This document shows, piece after piece, positions 58,093 to 64,000 of a stretch of 64,000 nt of DNA. Within the stretch, counting starts at the first letter, position 1. Each line of letters starts with the position of its first letter. This DNA is from Candidatus Eiseniibacteriota bacterium (lineage in GTDB: Bacteria; Eisenbacteria; RBG-16-71-46), in NCBI GenBank assembly GCA_963776245.1, contig CAVZLN010000003.1:992001-1056000 (forward strand), written 5' to 3'. Position numbers and translations under genes: made by a program. The notes under the pieces were generated by a model. The model ran no database searches and was not told the DNA's origin. It saw nothing but the letters and a program-made list of their open reading frames with translations.

Positions 58093-58108
58093 TGGCACAA
58101 GGGCTGCA
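58093..58108 (+). promoter_or_regulatory. sigma54 (-24/-12) promoter candidate
   Basis: TGGCACAAGGGCTGCA = GG-N10-GC; inverted repeat TTCGCGA-TGC-TCGCGAA at 58003-58019 is a possible activator site. Confidence 0.6.
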
Positions 58109-58170
58109 ATGGATAGCAGGGTCCTTGTCACCCTTCCCCGGCTCCGGGCAGGCCAGGAGGCTTGATCCTC

Positions 58171-60063
58171 ATGAACATCGGCAACTTCTCGCTCCGGATC
58201 CCGATCTTCGCCGCGGGCGTGGCCGGAATCCTGGCGGCCGTCATGCCGGCCGAAGGCGCGGTCTACTACGTCCGGCCCACCGGGAGCGACGCCAACAACG
58301 GCACCTCCGCGATCACCGCCTGGGCCACCATCGGCAAGGCCAACTCCATCGTGGTCGCCGGGGACGTGGTGACCGTGTTTCCCGGCACCTACTCGCAGTC
58401 CCCCAATCCGACCAATTCGGGCACCAGCTATCGCAGCCGCATCACCTATGTCGGCGACCTGGCCAATCCCTCCTCGACGGTGGTGCCGGGCGGCGACATG
58501 AACAAGCGCTACGTCACGCTCAAGGGCTTCCGGTTCAGCAGCGGCATCGGGATGACCAACGCGGCGCGCTACGACTCGGTGGCCTACAGCATCATCAACG
58601 GCGATGTCGCGTGGAGCGGGAACAAGTTCTGCATGATCTACCGCTGCACGCTGAACGGCGGACGGTTCGTCTCGGGGGAGAAGATCGGCATCAGCACCGA
58701 GCGCGACACCCTCCTGGAATGCACGCTCAACCTCGGCGCCGGGGTGACGTCGCAGCCCCATCTGTTCGAGACCTACGACTTCACGCAGTACTGCGTGTTC
58801 GAGCGCAACCGCATCTTCCTCACCATCGGGGCCGGCGCCTCCGACGTGCACCCGCGGCTCCACTACCACACCAGCTACTGCACCTTCCGCGACAACTACT
58901 GGGAAGTGGTGAACAACAGCACGGTCACGGGCTGGGGCACGATGGTCCTGCGCGACAGCACGAGCTACAACACGTTCATCCGCGACACGCTCATCGCCAA
59001 GGGCCCGGCGGATTGCGTGATCATGCTGTCCGGCTCGGGCTCGTATCCGAACTCTTGCCAGAACAATGGCTGGTACTCGTGCGTGTTCAAGAACCTGGTG
59101 GGGACCGCCGCCTACTTCCAGAACGGCTGCAACGCGGCGACCTTCCAGAACTGCGTGTTCGCCTCCAACGGCCTGGCGCTGCAGACCGGCGCCATCACCG
59201 GGTCCACGCTGATCGATCACTGCACGTTCTTCGGCAGCTCGGGCTCGGGGGTGGCGAACTTCGATCCCGATCCCGACGCGGCCTGGGTGGGCACCAGCAC
59301 CATCACGAACAATATCTTCTATTCGAACTCGACTTCGAACGCCGCCGGGAGCGTCGGGGTGTTCCACCTGACGCTGGCCTTCCAGGGACATCTGGTCGAG
59401 AACAACAACCTGTTCTTCAACCGCGGGTTCGGCACCTCGGCGGGCGACCGCAGCATCGGTTGGTGGACCGGCGGGACGACCTTCGACAGCAAGCCCGGCA
59501 CCGGGCAGCTCTGGTACAACACCTACGGTCACGACGGCGCCTCGCGCTACGCCTCGCCGCTGTTCGTGGACTCCACGCTGGCCGGCTTCGACGCCCACCT
59601 GCGCGCGGGCTCGCCGGCCATCGGCATGGGCATCGGGGGGACCGACGTGGGGGCGTATGCCTTCAGCGGAGGGGGAGATGTGACCCCGCCCGCCGCGATC
59701 ACCACGCTGGCGCCCGGCGCGATCGCCGACCGGTCCGTGGTGCTCATGTGGATCGCCCCGGGCGACGACGGGAACGTGGGCATCGCCTCCGCCTACGACC
59801 TGCGCTACTCGACGGCGCCGATCGCGGCGGGCACCTTCGCCGCCGCGACGCCGGTCGCCATCCAGCCGGTGCCGCTCGGCGCGGGCAGCGCCCAGAGCTA
59901 CGTGCTCCTCGGGCTCACCCCCGACACCCCGTACTACTTCGCCATCAAGGCGCAGGACGAGGCCGGGAACTGGTCGGCGATCTCGAACCTCCCGACCGCG
60001 CGCACGCTGGCCTCGGACACCACGCCGCCGGCCGCCATCCAGGACCTCGGCACGGGCTTCTGA
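58171..60063 (+). CDS. Secreted right-handed beta-helix protein (DUF1565-like N-terminus) with FN3 domain
   Basis: Signal peptide; YYVRPTGSDANNGTS...WATIGKA...GDVVTVFPGTY; HLRAGSPAIG...DVGAY; WIAPGDDG...YDLRYS...LTPDTPYYFAIKAQDEAGNWS. Confidence 0.85.
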   Translation: MNIGNFSLRIPIFAAGVAGILAAVMPAEGAVYYVRPTGSDANNGTSAITAWATIGKANSIVVAGDVVTVFPGTYSQSPNPTNSGTSYRSRITYVGDLANPSSTVVPGGDMNKRYVTLKGFRFSSGIGMTNAARYDSVAYSIINGDVAWSGNKFCMIYRCTLNGGRFVSGEKIGISTERDTLLECTLNLGAGVTSQPHLFETYDFTQYCVFERNRIFLTIGAGASDVHPRLHYHTSYCTFRDNYWEVVNNSTVTGWGTMVLRDSTSYNTFIRDTLIAKGPADCVIMLSGSGSYPNSCQNNGWYSCVFKNLVGTAAYFQNGCNAATFQNCVFASNGLALQTGAITGSTLIDHCTFFGSSGSGVANFDPDPDAAWVGTSTITNNIFYSNSTSNAAGSVGVFHLTLAFQGHLVENNNLFFNRGFGTSAGDRSIGWWTGGTTFDSKPGTGQLWYNTYGHDGASRYASPLFVDSTLAGFDAHLRAGSPAIGMGIGGTDVGAYAFSGGGDVTPPAAITTLAPGAIADRSVVLMWIAPGDDGNVGIASAYDLRYSTAPIAAGTFAAATPVAIQPVPLGAGSAQSYVLLGLTPDTPYYFAIKAQDEAGNWSAISNLPTARTLASDTTPPAAIQDLGTGF

Positions 60064-60097
60064 GCCGCCCCGGCGCCCGCCGCGCCGGGCCCGCCTG

Positions 60098-60589
60098 TCA
60101 CGGATAGAACCGCAGCGCCTCCGCCAGCGCGGTCTCGGCGCGCGCCGAGTCCGCGGCCAGCCACACCACGCGCGCCCCGGAGCGGAAGTAGAAGTGCCGC
60201 TGCCCGAGCCCGCTCAGCGGGTGGACCTCCCGCCCGCGGTGCGACCGCGCCGGGAGCGGGGTGAAGGGCGAGCGCCCTTCGCCGATGCGCGCCGCCATGT
60301 CCCGCACCAGGACGCGCGCCGCGCGCGCGCTCCGCGCCTCGGCCACCCAGAGTGTGGCCGCATCCCGGCCGAAGACCGCGACCGTTCCCGACTCCATCGG
60401 GAACCCGCGGCCGTGGAGCCGCCGGACCTCGGCGATCCCTTCCGCTCCGCGCGCCACGCGCGTTGCCGCGAGACCGGCCAGCCGCCCGGGCAGGCGCGGC
60501 GCCGCCTGCGCGAGCCCGCCGGCCAGCGCCAGCGCCAACGCCACGCCGGCGAGGGCGCGGCGGGAACGGGCCGATGGAGTCGGCGCCAT
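60098..60589 (-). CDS. Hypothetical exported protein
   Basis: Signal-like N-terminus; 163 aa; starts 1 nt after the oppC stop. Confidence 0.65.
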   Translation of the reverse strand: MAPTPSARSRRALAGVALALALAGGLAQAAPRLPGRLAGLAATRVARGAEGIAEVRRLHGRGFPMESGTVAVFGRDAATLWVAEARSARAARVLVRDMAARIGEGRSPFTPLPARSHRGREVHPLSGLGQRHFYFRSGARVVWLAADSARAETALAEALRFYP

Positions 60590-60590
60590 C

Positions 60591-61511
60591 TCAGGCCCCC
60601 ACGCCGCCGGGGTCGTGCGGATCGAGCGCGTCGCGCAACCCGTCGCCGAGGAAGTTGAAGCCCAGCAGGGTGAGCGAGAGCGCGGCGCCCGGGAAGCACA
60701 CCAGCCACGGGAACAGCGCCAGCACGCGCGCGCCGTCCGACACCAGCGTGCCCCACGACGCGGCGGGGGGCTGCACCCCGAGGCCGAGGAAGGAGAGGAA
60801 CGCCTCCTGCAGGATGACCGCGGGCACCGTGAGCGTGGTGTACACGATCACCGGTCCGAGCGTGTTGGGCACGATGTGGCGGAACAGGATGGCGCCGTCG
60901 CTGGCGCCGAGCGCGCGCGCGGCCTCGACGAAGGTCTGGCGCTTGAGCGAGAGCACCTGCCCGCGCACGATGCGCGCCATGGTCAGCCACTGCACCAGCC
61001 CGAGCGCCACGAACAGCATCACGAGGCTGCGATTGAAGAACACCAGCAGCAGGATGACGAGGAAGATGTAGGGCAGCGAGTAGAGCACGTCCACGAAGCG
61101 CATCATCGCCTCGTCGGTGCGGCCACCGCGATAGCCCGCCACCGCGCCGTAGGTCACCCCCACGAGCAGGCTCACCAGCGTCGCCACCAGCCCGACCAGC
61201 AGCGAGATGCGCCCGCCATGCACGGTGCGCGCGAACACGTCGCGACCCAGCTCGTCGGTGCCGAATGGGTGGTGGAACGACGGCGCCACGGCGCCGAGAC
61301 GCAGATCCTGGGCGCTGGGATCGGGCATGCCGGGCAGCCACGGCGCGAGCGCCGCGGTGAGCGAGATCCACAGCAGGAACGCGCCCCCGGCGAGCGCCGC
61401 GCGATTGCGCCGCAGCCGGCGCCACGCGTCGCTCCACAGTCCGCGCGCGGCGGGGGCGCGGGCCGCCCTGCCGGCGAGACCGCCGATCGGAGACGCCGGG
61501 CCCAGGCTCAT
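60591..61511 (-). CDS. oppC: Oligopeptide/dipeptide ABC permease, OppC-like
   Basis: HPFGTDELGRD, FVEAARALGA, EAFLSFLGLG, FNFLGDGLRDALDP. Confidence 0.92.
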   Translation of the reverse strand: MSLGPASPIGGLAGRAARAPAARGLWSDAWRRLRRNRAALAGGAFLLWISLTAALAPWLPGMPDPSAQDLRLGAVAPSFHHPFGTDELGRDVFARTVHGGRISLLVGLVATLVSLLVGVTYGAVAGYRGGRTDEAMMRFVDVLYSLPYIFLVILLLVFFNRSLVMLFVALGLVQWLTMARIVRGQVLSLKRQTFVEAARALGASDGAILFRHIVPNTLGPVIVYTTLTVPAVILQEAFLSFLGLGVQPPAASWGTLVSDGARVLALFPWLVCFPGAALSLTLLGFNFLGDGLRDALDPHDPGGVGA

Positions 61512-62425
61512 CCCAGCTCCACGCGCGGGTCGAGCCGGGTGTAGGCGAGGTCCACGATCAGGTTCAGCACCATCAGCAGCGCGGCGTAGAACAGCACCAC
61601 GCCCAGCACCAGGGTGTAGTCGCGGTTGAACGCGCCGTTCACCAGGTAGCGCCCGAGTCCCGGCACCGCGAAGATGCTCTCCACCACGATCGAGCCCATG
61701 ACGATGCGCGCGACCGCCGGACCGAGGTACGACACCACCGGCAGCAGGCCGAGCCGCAGGGCGTGCTTGCCCACCACGGTGCGCTCGGGCAGGCCCTTGG
61801 CTCGCGCGGTGCGGATGTAGTCCTGGCGCAGCACCTCGAGCATGCCGGCGCGCGCCAGCCGCGCGATGTACGCCACGTACGCGGTGGAGAGCGTGAGCAC
61901 CGGCAGCACGCGGCTCGCCGGCCCGGTCCACAGGGCGGGCGGCAGCCAGTAGAGCGTGAGCGAGAACACCAGCACGAGCAGCGGTCCGAGCACGAAGCTG
62001 GGGATCGACACGCCCGCCAGCGCCACGCCCATCGCGGCGTGATCGGCCGCGCGGTTCTGCCGCACCGCGGCGAGGACGCCGAGCGGCACGCCCAGCAGGA
62101 GCGACACCAGCAGCGCCCACCCGCCCAGCTCGGCCGAGACCCGGAAGCCCTCGAGGACGATGTCGCGCACCTGGCGCGCGGGGTACTTGTACGAGGGCCC
62201 GAGGTCGAGACGCGCCGCGCTGCCGAGGAAGCGCACGTACTGCTCGCCGAGCGGCCGGTCGAGACCGTAGGTGCGGAGCATCTGCGCCCGGGCCGTCGCC
62301 GGGATGTCACGTTCGGACTGGAACGGACCGCCGGGCGCCAGCCGCACCAGGAAGAACGTGAGCGTCCCGATCACCCACAGCGTGGGGACCATGAGGAGCA
62401 GGCGGCGCAGGGCGAAGGTCCACAT
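61508..62425 (-). CDS. oppB: Oligopeptide/dipeptide ABC permease, OppB-like
   Basis: RLAPGGPF, YGLDRPL, DYIRTARAKGL, VESIFAVPGLG, DLAYTRLDPRV. Confidence 0.93.
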   Translation of the reverse strand: MWTFALRRLLLMVPTLWVIGTLTFFLVRLAPGGPFQSERDIPATARAQMLRTYGLDRPLGEQYVRFLGSAARLDLGPSYKYPARQVRDIVLEGFRVSAELGGWALLVSLLLGVPLGVLAAVRQNRAADHAAMGVALAGVSIPSFVLGPLLVLVFSLTLYWLPPALWTGPASRVLPVLTLSTAYVAYIARLARAGMLEVLRQDYIRTARAKGLPERTVVGKHALRLGLLPVVSYLGPAVARIVMGSIVVESIFAVPGLGRYLVNGAFNRDYTLVLGVVLFYAALLMVLNLIVDLAYTRLDPRVELG

Positions 62426-62602
62426 GGAAGCGTAATCTAGCGCGCGCGACCGGGATGTCGAGCGGATTCAGGGGCGCCGCGGGTGAGCGCTCGACTCCCG
62501 GCGGTGGGATGCCGTACCGTGACGCGCGTCGCGGGGCCGCTAGACCTTGGCGCGCGATGCGGGTGGTCCGCGCGCCCGCGCCTCTCACCCGAGGGACCGT
62601 GC

Positions 62603-63391
62603 ATGGCCACCGCTCCCCACGCGGCCGCGGACCCGACCGTCCGCATCGTGCCCAGGCACCACGCGCTGGTGCGCATCGCGCACTGGGCCAACCTCCCGCT
62701 GCTGCTCGGCCTGATCGCGAGCGGGCTCTCGATCTACTGGGCCGCCCCGGTGTTCACCCACCCGCGCGATCCCGTCACGCTCAGCAACGACTACCTGACC
62801 GACCTCGGGTTCTTCATCGCCGGCCTGCTGCGGGACCGCGGCGGCCCGCCCGCCGCGTGGGTGTACGACCACTTCAGCCTCGGCCAGCGCCAGCTGGCGA
62901 ACGCGCTGCGCCTGCACTGGGCGCTCGCGTACCTGTTCATGCTCAACGGGGCGCTGTACGCGCTCGGCCTCGCGCGCGGCGGCGGCTGGCGCGCGCTCCT
63001 GCCGCGCGGCTCGGACGGGCGGGAAGCGCTGGCGATGATCCGGTTCTATCTCGGCGTGGTGCCGATGACGGTGCTGCGCCGCCCGTGGCCGCACCCGCCG
63101 GTGCGCGCGAAGTACAACGCGCTCCAGCGCGCCGGCTACCTCGCGATGCCGCTGCTCGGCGCGCTGGTCGTGTTGTCGGGCTGGGCGATGCACAAGCCGG
63201 TGACGCTGCGGTGGCTCGAGCGCCTGTTCGGCAGCTACGACGGCGCGCGCGTCGCGCACTTCGCCGCCATGCTGGGGCTCGGCGCGTTCATCGTCCCGCA
63301 CGTGGTGCTCGTGATCGCCGACGGCTGGGACACGTTCCGCTCCATGGTGGTGGGCTGGTCGGCGCGCGTGAAGGAGGCCGGGCATGAGTGA
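62603..63391 (+). CDS. Cytochrome b/b6-domain membrane protein
   Basis: VRIAHWAN, RLHWALA, KYNALQR, ARVAHF...IVPHV haem-ligand His pattern. Confidence 0.88.
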   Translation: MATAPHAAADPTVRIVPRHHALVRIAHWANLPLLLGLIASGLSIYWAAPVFTHPRDPVTLSNDYLTDLGFFIAGLLRDRGGPPAAWVYDHFSLGQRQLANALRLHWALAYLFMLNGALYALGLARGGGWRALLPRGSDGREALAMIRFYLGVVPMTVLRRPWPHPPVRAKYNALQRAGYLAMPLLGALVVLSGWAMHKPVTLRWLERLFGSYDGARVAHFAAMLGLGAFIVPHVVLVIADGWDTFRSMVVGWSARVKEAGHE

Positions 63392-64000
63392 GCACGGGCA
63401 CGACGAGCCCGCGGGCGGCGCGGTGCCGGGGCCTGAACGCGGGGTGCCGCCGGTCGCCGGGGAGGCGCCCGCCGCGCCCGCACCCGGAGCATCGCCTGCG
63501 GAGCCCATGCCCGCGCCGGTCGTCGAGGAGGCGCCGCCAGCCGAGCCCGCGCCGGCCCGCACACCCGCCGTCGAACCGGCTCGCGCGCCGGAGGGCCCGT
63601 TCGCCTGGCTCGCCGAGCCGCCGGAGATCCCGGTCGAGGTCCCGCGGCGCCGGCTCGCGGCGGCCTCGCGACGCGACTTCCTGCTGTTCGGCATCGGAGC
63701 GCTGGCGACATCGATCGTCGGGTGGTGGGTGCTGCCCGACCGCACCCGTGCCCGATTGCTGCCGGGTGCGGGCCACGACCGCCTCGACTCGCTCGCCGCC
63801 CGCGTGGGCCTGAACGGTGAGCGGCGCGAGCGCGCGCTGGACCGCGCGCTCACGTTCGACGACGACGTCGCGGAGGCGCTCTACTCGAAGGACCGCCGGG
63901 TGCGCATGTACGATCGCTCGCAGGTCACCTACCTGCGCAACAACTACAACGGCCGCACCCCGGGCCCGGAGTACCTCGCGACGTGGTTGCTGACGCTCTC
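63384..64000 (+). CDS. Probable molybdopterin-dependent oxidoreductase (sulfite oxidase/MsrP-like), 3'-truncated
   Basis: Frame open to the window end: MSEHGHDEP..., Pro-rich, SRRDFLLFGIGALA, LRNNYNG...WLLTL. Assignment rests mainly on pairing with the cytochrome b gene; the catalytic part lies outside the window. Confidence 0.6.
   Translation, partial: MSEHGHDEPAGGAVPGPERGVPPVAGEAPAAPAPGASPAEPMPAPVVEEAPPAEPAPARTPAVEPARAPEGPFAWLAEPPEIPVEVPRRRLAAASRRDFLLFGIGALATSIVGWWVLPDRTRARLLPGAGHDRLDSLAARVGLNGERRERALDRALTFDDDVAEALYSKDRRVRMYDRSQVTYLRNNYNGRTPGPEYLATWLLTL

Noticed and set aside
1..64000. CRISPR arrays, rRNA, tRNA, IS transposases, prophage genes
   Set aside because: None recognised by eye; the sheath, tube and baseplate genes are T6SS (ClpV and TagJ present), not phage or eCIS.

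Overview
High-GC Gram-negative bacterial window. A FlgD/T9SS-like C-terminal sorting domain, several CsgG-like and GT-C proteins and TonB-dependent receptors suggest an FCB-group, possibly Ca. Eisenbacteria-like organism (inference only). 1-10.5 kb: type VI secretion tail/baseplate operon in the Pseudomonas H1-T6SS order (tssA-B-C-hcp-tagJ-tssE-F-G-clpV). At the usual vgrG position there is instead a coupled four-gene TPR/CsgG + beta-barrel + lipoprotein operon facing a membrane Ser/Thr kinase. 16.9-41 kb: a TetR-TolC-MFP-RND efflux operon with visible operators, a TPP-riboswitch-controlled sodium:solute symporter + TonB-dependent receptor, GT-C membrane proteins, a NERD nuclease-helicase and secreted/outer-membrane proteins. 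42.5-45.8 kb: a compositionally distinct islet containing two units of [tyrosine-recombinase 3' tail]-ATGA-[TIMP-like secreted gene]-TGTAGCAC...GGAAGTC, which is the most unusual signal in the window. 46-64 kb: rhomboid, glutamine synthetase III, tag, CPBP protease, solA, lipoprotein, MATE, FAD reductase, GT39, a beta-helix/FN3 protein with a sigma54-like promoter, oppBC, and cytochrome b + molybdoenzyme. About 14 single-base frameshifts look like sequencing indels. Several genes appear leaderless. No rRNA, tRNA or CRISPR array was seen.
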